From Lentimicrobiaceae bacterium (GTDB lineage: Bacteria; Bacteroidota; Bacteroidia; Bacteroidales; JAGNHN01): a stretch of DNA of 64,000 nucleotides. Below, piece after piece: positions 38,505-47,274 of this stretch. The notes beneath the pieces are model-generated. The model did not search any database. It saw only the letters and a program-made list of their open reading frames with translations, and was not told the origin of the DNA. Where the stretch lies: positions 18,528 through 82,527 of the forward strand of contig JAGNHN010000009.1 of NCBI GenBank assembly GCA_018001695.1. Reading direction: 5' to 3'. The number at the start of each line of letters is the position of its first letter. Position 1 is the first letter of the stretch. The position numbers were made by a program, and so were the translations under genes.

Positions 38505-38885
38505 ATGATGTTGAAATTCAATCATATCAAATCACTTAGGAACCTGTTCCTGATCCTCTTTACTGCCTGTTTACCCTGGTTAGCTTCTGCATACAAAGGA
38601 CCCATTGATAAGCCACAGGCAAGATCCGCATCCCATATCCACATTCAGGCTGTAAAAAATGCCGTCATTGTTCATTTTAGGATGGACGCACCCGGTGTGG
38701 CAGGGATCACACTTAAGGATGCCAGGGGGCGCTGTCTTTACTTCTATGCAGGCTATTATGCCGAACCGGGTCTTTATACCCATGTGTGGGAAAGCGGCCC
38801 GCTCAGTGCCGGCACATTGCTATTTGAAGTCACCCATGACGGTAGCCGGCGCGAAACAGGTCAGGTCGTGATCACCCCTCCCTGA
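38505..38885 (+). CDS. Hypothetical small secreted protein
   Basis: 126-aa ORF with a signal-like N-terminus (LFLILFTACLPWLASA) and a beta-rich remainder. Its 3' end overlaps the convergent gene by 25 nt. No family recognised. Confidence 0.4.
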   Translation: MMLKFNHIKSLRNLFLILFTACLPWLASAYKGPIDKPQARSASHIHIQAVKNAVIVHFRMDAPGVAGITLKDARGRCLYFYAGYYAEPGLYTHVWESGPLSAGTLLFEVTHDGSRRETGQVVITPP

Positions 38886-41878
38886 GGTTGCCCTGTTGCG
38901 GGTTCCCGGCCTTCTTTGTAGATAACACCCAGGTTACGTTTACCATCGATCTTGACAACCAGCGGCTGTGAAAAACGCACATGGCGCAGGAATTCATCTT
39001 CGTAAACTGCAGGCTGAGCCTTCAGATAATCCACATCATAATGCCCGTCACGTATATATGGGTTGATGGTAAAATATCCTACCCTGAAAGACGTGAGGTT
39101 TTGAAAGAAATGCGTTCCCTGGCTGGGGTCAATGCGGTAATTCTCCAGGCTGGATTCGATGATTACCCGAGCTCCGGAAATATGTGGCCACTTGACCGGG
39201 ATCCCAAGCCATGGGTCGGAAGATCCCCAGCGGCCAGGCCCGATGATGATATACGGCCGCTTTTCCTTTAAGAACCGGTCGTTGAGTTCAAATACCCTGT
39301 CGGCGATCCTTGGACTTTGTGCGGGGTCAAATGCATCAGGCTTAACATACAGGATATCATAGATTTCGCGGTTAATACCATTGCCCAGCGCCGACTTGCA
39401 ATACACCACGGTTTCATCTATCCGGACCTGCTCCAGGTTTTCATCTATGGTTTCCTTATTATCAACCACAGGCCTTATTTGCAACAGATTAAAGATCCGG
39501 GGTTCTCCTTCCTTGCGGTTCAGCTCCATGGCAAACTCGATCTCGATGGGTTTGTTCATCTCCCTCTGACCTATCTCAAGACAGGTTTGCAGTATCTCCG
39601 CCAATGGGAAAACGTTATGGCTCAGGATATGCGAGAAGGTGATGAGCTTCTTTCCTTCATACTGGACACCATCCCGGATCATATGGTTGGCAAAGTCAAA
39701 GGTAGAGGCCACATGCTTCAGGGACCCATCGCCTTCTGCTTCTGCGATGCGCAGTTGCATCAGGTTGATACCATCATCGATGCATGGATAAAAGGCGCCG
39801 GCATCCAGGTTGAGCGCGAAAAAAGTCTTCTGCGTCTCCCGAAGCGCCATTTCCGGATTGGAAAGCTGCAGCACCTTACGCGGATATTTTGGAGAAAAAC
39901 GCAGCGTCTGCCCGCCATCCACGATGTATTTACCAAGACCGAATGCAATATTGACGATGCCATCCTCGGGGCGTTCCGGGTGAATGGGGTAGAAATTGAT
40001 GGACCTTGCAACCCCGCTGATCGTTGGATAAAAACGGTTACCGTACTGCCATCCAATGACTTCCTGCAGGACGATGGCCATCTTTTCCTCATCGATCACA
40101 TTTGAAGTCGCCGACATATATGCTTTGGACGCTTTGAAGAAGGCTGAAGCATAGACACTTTTGATGGCATTGCTCAGCATCTCGATCATCAGGCGCTCCT
40201 CATTGCGGATATTAGGAATCATATACGTCGAATATATCCCTGCAAACGGCTGATAGTGACTATCTTCCAGGAGACTCGACGAACGGATTGCAATAGGATT
40301 GCTCACCACCGTGATAAACGTATACAGGTCTTCATGAATCCTGAAAGGCAGGCGGGCCTGGATGAAATGCTGCAGTATTTCCTCATCCGGTGTATCCCCC
40401 AGCGCTACCTTGTACAGGTTGTTCTCCTCCATGAATTCATCGAAGATATCTGTACACAGCACCACTGTCTTGGGAGTGGAGATAAGCGTGCCTTCGAAGC
40501 GGCTGAAGAGCTGATTCCGTTTAATGAGAGAATCCAGGAAGGCGAGTCCGCGCGCCTTACCACCAATACTGCCATCACCGATGCGGGTAAAGCTGAGGTA
40601 TTCATCGAAGCGCTCACGGTTGAACTCTGCAATCACACCCCTCGCCTTGTTGAACCTGAAGTTCGCGATCGCATCAAAAAGGTAACGCCTCACCTCATCC
40701 AGGTCCCTGAAGTCTTCGGGCCTTAATTCCTTGAACAGGCGGGCAAGGGGAAAGACAGCACGGGCATTGAGCCAGCGTGAGAAGTGATTTCGTGAGATGT
40801 GGTAAAAAAGTACGTCATCCGGGATATCGAAAATGGTTTCCTGCAGGGATTTCAGATCGGATGCCCTGGCCACCTCGCGGTTCGAAACCGGATCCACAAA
40901 CACGAAATCCCCGAAGGCAAAATGTTCACGGATATAATTCCTCAGTTCAATGGATAATGTCTTGCTGTTTTTATTGATAAATCCAACCCCCATTTCCCTG
41001 GCCCTTCCTGCCATTTCATCCTCCGAAGACTGCAGGAGGAATGGTATAAAAGCGTCATCAGCTTTGACCTTCCGGCATAAGCGAAGCCCGGCCTCCTTGT
41101 CTTCATAACCGTTGCGTTTGTAAGACACATCGGAGATAATCCCGAGCAGGTTTTTCTTATACTTCTCATATAGTGCGATGGCTTCCTCATACTGAGTTGC
41201 GAGGACGATCTTGGGACGTCCCCGCATCCGAAGCATCTTCTGGTGCTCGTTCAGCCCCTCCGCCATGAATACCTTGCTCTGCTTGAAGATGATCTTGTAG
41301 AGATGGGGCAGATAGCTTGAATAAAAACGTATAGAATCTTCCACCAGCAACAGGATCTGTACCCCTTCCTCCTTGGCATCATGCTCCACATTCATCTTAT
41401 CCTCAATCAGCTTGATGATGGCCAGCAACAAATCTGTATTCCCAAGCCAGGAAAACACATAATCGATGGCCTGCATATCATCCTGGGCTGCCTTGATCTT
41501 GACTTCCCTGGAGAAAGGGGTCAGCACAACGATAGGTATGCGGGGGTATTTGTTCTTCATTCGCTTTGCCAGGGCGAAGGAATCTGAGTCCTCCGGACTT
41601 AGCATCGTAATGATGAGGTCTATCTTTTCCTCTTCCAGCACCTCAAAAGCTTCCATTTCGGTGTGCACCTGGATAAACTGTGGCGGGTACCGCAGGTTGA
41701 GGGCCACGTATTCGTTGAATATCTGCTCGTCGATGCGCCCGTCATCTTCCAGCATAAAGGCGTCATAAGCACTGGAAATCAGAAGCACATGATAGATCCG
41801 CTTCTTCATCAGGTTATGAAAGGCGGTGTCGGTGAAATAGACCTTATAAGGAGCAATAGGGTTGATCTTCGAAGCCAT
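38861..41878 (-). CDS. PEP/pyruvate-binding (PPDK_N) domain protein with an N-terminal pseudo-receiver + receiver domains; no phosphohistidine swivel domain seen
   Basis: The ORF runs 38861-41947. The likely start is MASKINPIAPYK at 41878. REC-like 1 is HVLLISS...IDLIITM...IPIVVLT (acceptor Asp missing). REC-like 2 is ILLLVED...LLGIISDVS...IPFLLQSS. PPDK_N motifs: GDGSIGGKARGLAFL, IAIRSSSLLEDS, QPFAGIYST. No GG.TSHAA motif found. Confidence 0.8.
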   Translation of the reverse strand: MASKINPIAPYKVYFTDTAFHNLMKKRIYHVLLISSAYDAFMLEDDGRIDEQIFNEYVALNLRYPPQFIQVHTEMEAFEVLEEEKIDLIITMLSPEDSDSFALAKRMKNKYPRIPIVVLTPFSREVKIKAAQDDMQAIDYVFSWLGNTDLLLAIIKLIEDKMNVEHDAKEEGVQILLLVEDSIRFYSSYLPHLYKIIFKQSKVFMAEGLNEHQKMLRMRGRPKIVLATQYEEAIALYEKYKKNLLGIISDVSYKRNGYEDKEAGLRLCRKVKADDAFIPFLLQSSEDEMAGRAREMGVGFINKNSKTLSIELRNYIREHFAFGDFVFVDPVSNREVARASDLKSLQETIFDIPDDVLFYHISRNHFSRWLNARAVFPLARLFKELRPEDFRDLDEVRRYLFDAIANFRFNKARGVIAEFNRERFDEYLSFTRIGDGSIGGKARGLAFLDSLIKRNQLFSRFEGTLISTPKTVVLCTDIFDEFMEENNLYKVALGDTPDEEILQHFIQARLPFRIHEDLYTFITVVSNPIAIRSSSLLEDSHYQPFAGIYSTYMIPNIRNEERLMIEMLSNAIKSVYASAFFKASKAYMSATSNVIDEEKMAIVLQEVIGWQYGNRFYPTISGVARSINFYPIHPERPEDGIVNIAFGLGKYIVDGGQTLRFSPKYPRKVLQLSNPEMALRETQKTFFALNLDAGAFYPCIDDGINLMQLRIAEAEGDGSLKHVASTFDFANHMIRDGVQYEGKKLITFSHILSHNVFPLAEILQTCLEIGQREMNKPIEIEFAMELNRKEGEPRIFNLLQIRPVVDNKETIDENLEQVRIDETVVYCKSALGNGINREIYDILYVKPDAFDPAQSPRIADRVFELNDRFLKEKRPYIIIGPGRWGSSDPWLGIPVKWPHISGARVIIESSLENYRIDPSQGTHFFQNLTSFRVGYFTINPYIRDGHYDVDYLKAQPAVYEDEFLRHVRFSQPLVVKIDGKRNLGVIYKEGREPATGQPQGGVITT

Positions 41879-42039
41879 AGGTAGTAATACTGTCTGAAGT
41901 TGAATACCGGATACCAATGTTACGTTAAAAATGCTTTGGTTCCGCATGTTCTGCAGAACAGCATGATACCAATCTTAACACCCTTTAACTTGCTCATTCC
42001 TTCTGAAAAAAGTACATTTGGGTGTTCATTCGAACCGGC

Positions 42040-42459
42040 ATGCTGAGAAACATTTTGATTTTTGTACTTCTCTGGACGACTGCCTGTCTTGCCGCACAAC
42101 AGCGCAATAACGAGCTTCTTACCTATGCCGTTGCGCAGGTGAACGAAGGACAGTTTGTAGTTGCCGAGCAGGCCCTAAACAAACTCCTGACCCTGGAGCC
42201 CACGCATAAGGATGCGCTCTTTCTCAGGGGTTACTGCCGCTATAAGACGGGGAAGTATGAATCGGCCATGGCCGATATGAACAGGTTGATCAGCCTGGAT
42301 GAGTCTGTTGCCAATGCTTACCTCATCAGGGCAAGGCTGCACCGTATCAGGGGCAACTACTGGTCCTCGCTGTCGGATTACAACCGCGCTCGAAAGCTCG
42401 ATCCTTACCAGACGTTTTTCAGTATTACCAGGGGTCTCGTCAGCGAAACACAGGAATAA
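42040..42459 (+). CDS. TPR-repeat protein (secreted)
   Basis: The track ORF starts at GTG 42022. ATG 42040 gives MLRNILIFVLLWTTACLAAQ. TPR-like helices: ALFLRGYCRYKTGKYESAMADMNRLISLD, AYLIRARLHRIRGNYWSSLSDYNRARKLDP. Confidence 0.65.
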   Translation: MLRNILIFVLLWTTACLAAQQRNNELLTYAVAQVNEGQFVVAEQALNKLLTLEPTHKDALFLRGYCRYKTGKYESAMADMNRLISLDESVANAYLIRARLHRIRGNYWSSLSDYNRARKLDPYQTFFSITRGLVSETQE

Positions 42460-42569
42460 TTCCCCATCATCAAGGCTTAGGGAACAGTCGCACAAATACA
42501 GGCTAAGTATTTGATTTTTATATATTTTTTGCTAACTTACGTACCCTCACCAATACCGGGGTAATCATC

Positions 42570-43691
42570 ATGAAAAAGAACATCTTTTTGATTCTGCTGG
42601 GATGCTTTTGCATTCCGCTGATGCTTTCTGCGCAGGCCTGGACCGCCGAGAAGCTACCGGACCTGCCTGGAAAATGGGAACTTCGCGGGGTACATTTCCC
42701 TGCGCCTCAGCTCGGATGGGCTGCCGGATTCAACTATGAAGGGGTCGGGTTCACCAAGGACATGACCCAGGGCCTTTTGCTCAGGTGTGATCAGGGAGTA
42801 TGGGCCAGGGTTGACCTTCCCGCTCCAGGGACTAACTGGAACCTCCAGGGTGTGTGGTTTCTGAATGAAAGTATGGGATGGGCCTTTGGCCACAACCGGG
42901 AAGCGAAAACAGGACTTCTTTACAAATACGCGCAGGGTAAATGGGAGATCGTATCATTGCCGGCTGTCGACATGAAAGACTGGGTGCTTTATGAAGTGTA
43001 CTTTGCCAATGAGAACCTGGGCTGGGCAATGGGAGGTGGAGGAAAAAATGGCAAGCCTGTCCTGATTGAATACAACCGTGGTACCTGGAGCCTCGTTTCC
43101 TCCCCTGAATTTAAGGAGCAAACCATCCTGGCCATGCATGGCATTGGGGAAAACCCGGTTTTCGCAGGTGGTTTCAAAGATGGCGACATGAGCAGTGTCA
43201 CGAATTCCTATGCCAGTGGTTCCTTTATCATCCAGAAGAACGGCCCTAATTGGGAACCGGTCAAACTGCCGCTGCTTTCCAAAAACATCATCTGCAGAGA
43301 CATTCAGTGTATCGATGCAAAGACTGTTTTCGCTGTCGGCTGGATGCCCGCCTTCCAGGCAGCTCCAGAAACAGGTAAAATCCTAACCTTTGATGGTAAG
43401 AAATGGTCAGAGATGAAGGTTGATGCAGGGGCTAAGGAATGGAACCTCTTCGGAGTTGCTTTGGAGAATGCTGACATGGGCTGGGCTGTTGGTAATCTCC
43501 CTAACCGCAAGCGCGGCCTTATCATGGAATTCAAGAAAGGTGAGTGGGCACCATTGGGGAAAAAGGCAGAACCTCAGTTAGGTGAGGATTGGCGTTTGTA
43601 TGGAATATCAAGGGATACCAAAGGGGCCTACTATGCTGTGGGAGCTGACTATAAGACCAATAAAGGCATTGTCCTGAAGTACACAAAATGA
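42570..43691 (+). CDS. Secreted beta-propeller protein with Ycf48/BNR-like repeats
   Basis: 373 aa with a signal peptide. A recurring blade motif appears 6 times: LRGVHFPAPQLGWAAG, LQGVWFLNESMGWAFG, LYEVYFANENLGWAMG, CRDIQCIDAKTVFAVG, LFGVALENADMGWAVG, LYGISRDTKGAYYAVG. Confidence 0.6.
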   Translation: MKKNIFLILLGCFCIPLMLSAQAWTAEKLPDLPGKWELRGVHFPAPQLGWAAGFNYEGVGFTKDMTQGLLLRCDQGVWARVDLPAPGTNWNLQGVWFLNESMGWAFGHNREAKTGLLYKYAQGKWEIVSLPAVDMKDWVLYEVYFANENLGWAMGGGGKNGKPVLIEYNRGTWSLVSSPEFKEQTILAMHGIGENPVFAGGFKDGDMSSVTNSYASGSFIIQKNGPNWEPVKLPLLSKNIICRDIQCIDAKTVFAVGWMPAFQAAPETGKILTFDGKKWSEMKVDAGAKEWNLFGVALENADMGWAVGNLPNRKRGLIMEFKKGEWAPLGKKAEPQLGEDWRLYGISRDTKGAYYAVGADYKTNKGIVLKYTK

Positions 43692-43757
43692 TGACACGGG
43701 GCTTCCTTGCGGAGCCCGTCAAGCCTGAAAGCAGATAAGCCTGCGCCTTGGTCTTCT

Positions 43758-44198
43758 CTATTCTTTGCAGATATCCAGAGATGGCTGCAAATCATCGCAA
43801 ACGACAGGGCATGTACTCAGCAAAGGCCCCTTGGACAGGTAATAGGCATCTCCGAGCTCGATACCCTCGCGCTGGAGTGGCCGGATAACAGCGATCATGC
43901 CATCCGTGCCTTCCGCGCGCATCCAACCAATGTACAAACGGAAACCATGCACTTCTTCTCCCATGGTTTCGGCGATGTGTTTCATGGTCGCATACTGACC
44001 TATATCCAGATCCACGACCCTGGGGGCACAAGGATCCAGCTTCATCTGACAATAGTCATGTAGGTATACCTGGGCTTCCTCCCTGGATATACTGACATCG
44101 CTTTCCAATTTAGGGATTTGTAAGTAGAGCACCGTCAGGACTACTCCCAACGTAATTCCGGCAATCAGCCAGATAAATGGAAGGACAAACTTTTTCAT
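43758..44198 (-). CDS. Hypothetical N-terminally membrane-anchored protein
   Basis: 146 aa. MKKFVLPFIWLIAGITLGVVLTVLYL is a TM anchor. Several Cys lie near the C-terminus. No family recognised. Confidence 0.5.
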   Translation of the reverse strand: MKKFVLPFIWLIAGITLGVVLTVLYLQIPKLESDVSISREEAQVYLHDYCQMKLDPCAPRVVDLDIGQYATMKHIAETMGEEVHGFRLYIGWMRAEGTDGMIAVIRPLQREGIELGDAYYLSKGPLLSTCPVVCDDLQPSLDICKE

Positions 44199-44304
44199 GG
44201 TGAGGGGGGATAGGTGCGTTAAGATGGCGTGAAGTTACGATATGAAAAGCCGAATGTCAAGATACCCTTCTCAATATCAATACAATAAATAGACAATGGA
44301 CTAT

Positions 44305-45153
44305 TTACATGGAGACATTTCGAACAAGCCAGTCCAGGGCATGGTCATCATTGCAGGGAATGACAGTAAACTGACTTTGCAGCTCAATGGCTGCATTGCC
44401 GGTAACATAAGCCCGTCGGGCCACTTCGAGCATATCCAGGTCGTTGTAGTCATTGCCCATTGCCACCAACTCATGCGCTCCAACGCCAAGACGTCGCATC
44501 AGAAAGTGAAGGGCGTCGCCCTTGGACACACCATGAGGAAAGACCTCCATCCAGAAACTCCTGTGGTCAATCGGAGAGGTAGTGCGGATGACTTTAAAGG
44601 CCTTCAGGCCGGCTGCCAATCCATTAAAAGCAGACACGGAAGGCGCCAGGATGGTCAGGAACTGGGCAGCTCCGGCCATGTCTGTCTTTTCTTCGTCCCA
44701 CCATTCCCAGAAACCCTTGTAAATCTCCATCCTCCTCAGGAAATCAGGATGAAGGGCCGTATCCGCCCTGTAAACATGAAAGCGGTGGTTTTCGGGTACC
44801 GGATGATGCACCATAAAAGAGATGTCCCGATCCATGAAATAAGCCGCTATCCGGCCTGCATCAACTTGATCCAGTCCTTTGCTCCAGATCAGGTCACCCG
44901 ACTCCACCTCAAGAATACCCGCCCCGGTAGAGAACACAATATAATCAACTGGCAGGAGGCCAGACAATGCCCGTTTCAATGAGAATATGGATCTACCGGT
45001 AGCCAGCACCCTGCAAATGCCCCTGCGGCCCAGCTCATGTAAAGCTTCGAGGTTTTCTTCACTCAAACGGCCCCGGCTGTCCAGTATCGTTCCGTCAAGA
45101 TCCGTAGCCAGCACCTTAAACCCAGGTCCACCTATGCCTTCACTTGTTTTCAT
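44305..45153 (-). CDS. Cof-type HAD-IIB family hydrolase
   Basis: The ORF runs 44305-45234. The likely start is MKTSEGIGGPGFKVLATDLDGT at 45153. HAD motifs: DLDGTIL, ATGRS, AMGNDYNDLDML. Confidence 0.82.
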   Translation of the reverse strand: MKTSEGIGGPGFKVLATDLDGTILDSRGRLSEENLEALHELGRRGICRVLATGRSIFSLKRALSGLLPVDYIVFSTGAGILEVESGDLIWSKGLDQVDAGRIAAYFMDRDISFMVHHPVPENHRFHVYRADTALHPDFLRRMEIYKGFWEWWDEEKTDMAGAAQFLTILAPSVSAFNGLAAGLKAFKVIRTTSPIDHRSFWMEVFPHGVSKGDALHFLMRRLGVGAHELVAMGNDYNDLDMLEVARRAYVTGNAAIELQSQFTVIPCNDDHALDWLVRNVSM

Positions 45154-45248
45154 TAATACGAAGTTAGCGAGAATAGTTACCTTCAAGATAATTTGTAAAG
45201 GACGTGTTGAAGGTGTGTTTGAATAATTTTTCAAATTTTTAAATGAAT

Positions 45249-45288
45249 TGAACTATTGTTCATTATATTTGCATTGAACAAATGCTCA
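45249..45288. promoter_or_regulatory. Two TGAAC-N4-GTTCA-type inverted repeats upstream of the DUF134 gene
   Basis: A perfect copy, TGAAC tatt GTTCA (45249-45262), and an imperfect second copy, TGAAC aaat GCTCA (45275-45288). They end 8 nt before the ATG at 45296. The centres are 26 nt apart. Confidence 0.45.
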
Positions 45289-45295
45289 TTTAAGC

Positions 45296-45874
45296 ATGTC
45301 ACCTAACTTGAAGCGCCCGAGAAAGATACTCAATCCACCGCTTGTAAAGGGATTCAAGCCTTACGGTCCTGTACTCTCCCAGGGCAGGGATGCGATCATG
45401 ATGCATTTTGAAGAATACGAAGCGCTTCGTTTGTGTGATTATGACATGCTGAATCATCACGATGCATCACAGGAAATGGGTGTATCACGGCCTACCTTCA
45501 CCCGCATCTATGCATCGGCAAGAAAAAAAATCGCCCGGGCCTTTGTAGAAGGTAAACAGATCACCCTGGAAGGTGGCAAAGTGTACTTTGACAGTGACTG
45601 GTATCACTGTCTGGATTGTGGATGTTATTTCAATCATCCGGAGATGCACCTGCCAGTTTCTCATTGTCCGTTATGCGGCCATCAGGGGTTGACCAGGGCC
45701 ATACCTGATTCCCTTGTCGAGACTACAGAAGATTCTGCCGTAGATTACTGCATATGTCCAAGCTGCGGGAAAGAAATTGAACATATACCTGGTATACCTT
45801 GCAACGCTGAATACTGTCCTGTCTGCCATACGAGAATGAGAAGAAAAGGAAAACCATCATGCCAGGAGCTTTGA
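45296..45874 (+). CDS. DUF134 (UPF0251) putative DNA-binding protein with a C-terminal double zinc-ribbon extension
   Basis: 192 aa. RPRKILNPPLVKGFKPYG...EEYEALRLCDYDMLNHHDASQEMGVSRPTFTRIYASARKKIA is the DUF134 core (sigma-70 region-4-like HTH). The C-terminus carries CLDCGC..18..CPLC and CPSC..15..CPVC. Confidence 0.8.
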   Translation: MSPNLKRPRKILNPPLVKGFKPYGPVLSQGRDAIMMHFEEYEALRLCDYDMLNHHDASQEMGVSRPTFTRIYASARKKIARAFVEGKQITLEGGKVYFDSDWYHCLDCGCYFNHPEMHLPVSHCPLCGHQGLTRAIPDSLVETTEDSAVDYCICPSCGKEIEHIPGIPCNAEYCPVCHTRMRRKGKPSCQEL

Positions 45875-45884
45875 ACTTGTAAAA

Positions 45885-46211
45885 ATGAAGATAGCCATCA
45901 CATCCCGTGGAAACACACCGGACGCGCTGCTGGATCAGCGGTTTGGCCGCTGCAATTACTTCGTTGTGCATGACTCCCAGACAGGAAGCATCGAATACAT
46001 CCCCAACCCCGGCAAGGTCCTGGAGGAAGGTGCCGGCCCTGCCGCTGTTGAACTTCTCTCCTCACGTAAAGTGATGATGATCATATCAGGAGAATTTGGG
46101 ATTAAAATCAAGCCCATACTGGACAGCCTGAAAGTTCAGCTGATTATCATCAAAGACCAGGAAAGAACGGTCGGAGAAATCATACAGATGTTAAACCATA
46201 AAAAGCATTGA
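45885..46211 (+). CDS. NifB-C/NifX-type (Nitro_FeMo-Co, COG1433) cluster-binding protein, copy 1
   Basis: 108 aa. MKIAITSRGNTPDALLDQRFGRCNYFVVHD...GAGPAAVELLSSRKVMMIISGEFG is the typical fold signature. Confidence 0.8.
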   Translation: MKIAITSRGNTPDALLDQRFGRCNYFVVHDSQTGSIEYIPNPGKVLEEGAGPAAVELLSSRKVMMIISGEFGIKIKPILDSLKVQLIIIKDQERTVGEIIQMLNHKKH

Positions 46212-46402
46212 TCATGCCTAAACTGGACGGAACGGGGCCGGAAGGCCATGGAAGAAAAACCGGAAGAGGCCTGGGACGGTGTACAAACCAGGACCATATA
46301 TCTAACAGCAAGGAACTCGGACAAGGTATGGGAACGCGAAGGAGATCAGGTGGAGGACAAGGCAAGGGAAAGCGCCTGAGAAGTGGTGAAACCCATGAAT
46401 AA
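46208..46402 (+). CDS. DUF5320 family small protein
   Basis: 64 aa. MPKLDGTGPEGHGRKTGRGLGRC matches the M-P-x-x-D-G-T-G-P...G-R-G-x-G-x-C head of DUF5320. There is an ATGA start/stop overlap with the preceding gene. ATG 46214 is an alternative start. Confidence 0.7.
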   Translation: MIMPKLDGTGPEGHGRKTGRGLGRCTNQDHISNSKELGQGMGTRRRSGGGQGKGKRLRSGETHE

Positions 46403-46480
46403 CCAGGTAGAACAGTACATTGGCAGGATATGATCAGAGAAGTCAGAAATGATCGCACGCGACATTCAGCGACAACACGT

Positions 46481-46500
46481 TTGTAATCAATCGTTTACAA
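46481..46500. promoter_or_regulatory. Inverted repeat TTGTAA-N8-TTACAA upstream of the peroxiredoxin gene
   Basis: TTGTAA (46481-86) and TTACAA (46495-500), about 55 nt upstream of ATG 46553. This is only a 6-bp arm in AT-rich DNA, so it is weak. Confidence 0.25.
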
Positions 46501-46552
46501 TCATTTAAATCAGACATTTTTATTCCATTCATTAACCTAACACTTAACAACC

Positions 46553-47266
46553 ATGGAACAACAAAATCAGGAATTCTATGCCATGCCACGCATTGGCGAG
46601 AAAGCGCCTTCATTCAAAGCTGTCACCACCCAGGGTGAGATCAATTTTCCTGCGGATTTCAGTGGCAATTGGGTGATTCTGTTCAGCCATCCGGCCGACT
46701 TCACACCCGTCTGTACATCCGAGTTCATGACTTTCGCACATATGGAAGACAAGTTCACCGAAGCCAACTGTAAACTCGTTGGACTCTCGGTGGATGGCTT
46801 GTACAGTCATATTGCCTGGCTCAGGACCATCAAGGAAAAGATTGAATTTAAAGGGATGAAGGACATCGAGGTGAAGTTCCCTTTAATTGAGGACATCACG
46901 ATGGAAGTAGCCAAAAAGTACGGCATGATGATGCCGGGAGAAAGCAACACAAAAGCTGTCAGGGCTGTATTCTTTGTCGATCCTAAAGGGATTATCCGCG
47001 CCATCATTTATTACCCTCTGAGCCTGGGCCGCAACTTTGACGAATTATACCGTGCCCTTATCGCGATGCAGGCAGCCGATGCCTTCTCCATAGCGACACC
47101 CGCCGACTGGCGGCCGGGGGATGAAGTCATCGTACCCACAGCCGGATCATGTGGTGTTGCCAAGGAAAGAATGGAAAATCAGAAGGATATCAAATGCTAC
47201 GACTGGTTCTTCTGCACCAAACCATTAAGTAAAGAAGCTGTTGAGAAAACCATTCTGAAGAAATAA
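46553..47266 (+). CDS. Peroxiredoxin, Prx6/1-Cys-like subfamily with extra C-terminal Cys pair
   Basis: 237 aa. NWVILFSHPADFTPVCTSEF (peroxidatic Cys), HIAWLRTI, C-terminal CGVAKERMENQKDIKCYDWFFC. Followed by a strong hairpin terminator. Confidence 0.9.
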   Translation: MEQQNQEFYAMPRIGEKAPSFKAVTTQGEINFPADFSGNWVILFSHPADFTPVCTSEFMTFAHMEDKFTEANCKLVGLSVDGLYSHIAWLRTIKEKIEFKGMKDIEVKFPLIEDITMEVAKKYGMMMPGESNTKAVRAVFFVDPKGIIRAIIYYPLSLGRNFDELYRALIAMQAADAFSIATPADWRPGDEVIVPTAGSCGVAKERMENQKDIKCYDWFFCTKPLSKEAVEKTILKK

Positions 47267-47274
47267 AGCCGGAG

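Noticed and set aside
39317-40105. 262-aa plus-strand ORF
   Set aside because: Antisense to the PPDK_N gene. No motifs.
43696-43719. Hairpin ACGGGGCT/AGCCCGT between the convergent propeller gene and the 146-aa ORF, as a terminator
   Set aside because: The stem is only 7 bp with a bulge and has no flanking U-tract on either strand. It is too weak to report as a feature.
44296-44982. 228-aa plus-strand ORF
   Set aside because: Antisense to the HAD hydrolase gene, which carries the DxDGT and GDxxND motifs.
45258-45274. Possible sigma-54 promoter (TGTTCA-N5-TTTGCA) upstream of the DUF134 gene, considered because Desulfovibrio orp operons are sigma-54 dependent
   Set aside because: The essential GG of the -24 element (TGGCAC) is absent and the spacing is off by one. 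No enhancer-binding-protein gene is nearby.
45523-45530. A8 homopolymer inside the DUF134 gene as a phase-variation switch
   Set aside because: It encodes the conserved RKK of the HTH region. Eight A's is short for efficient slippage, and there is no supporting evidence.
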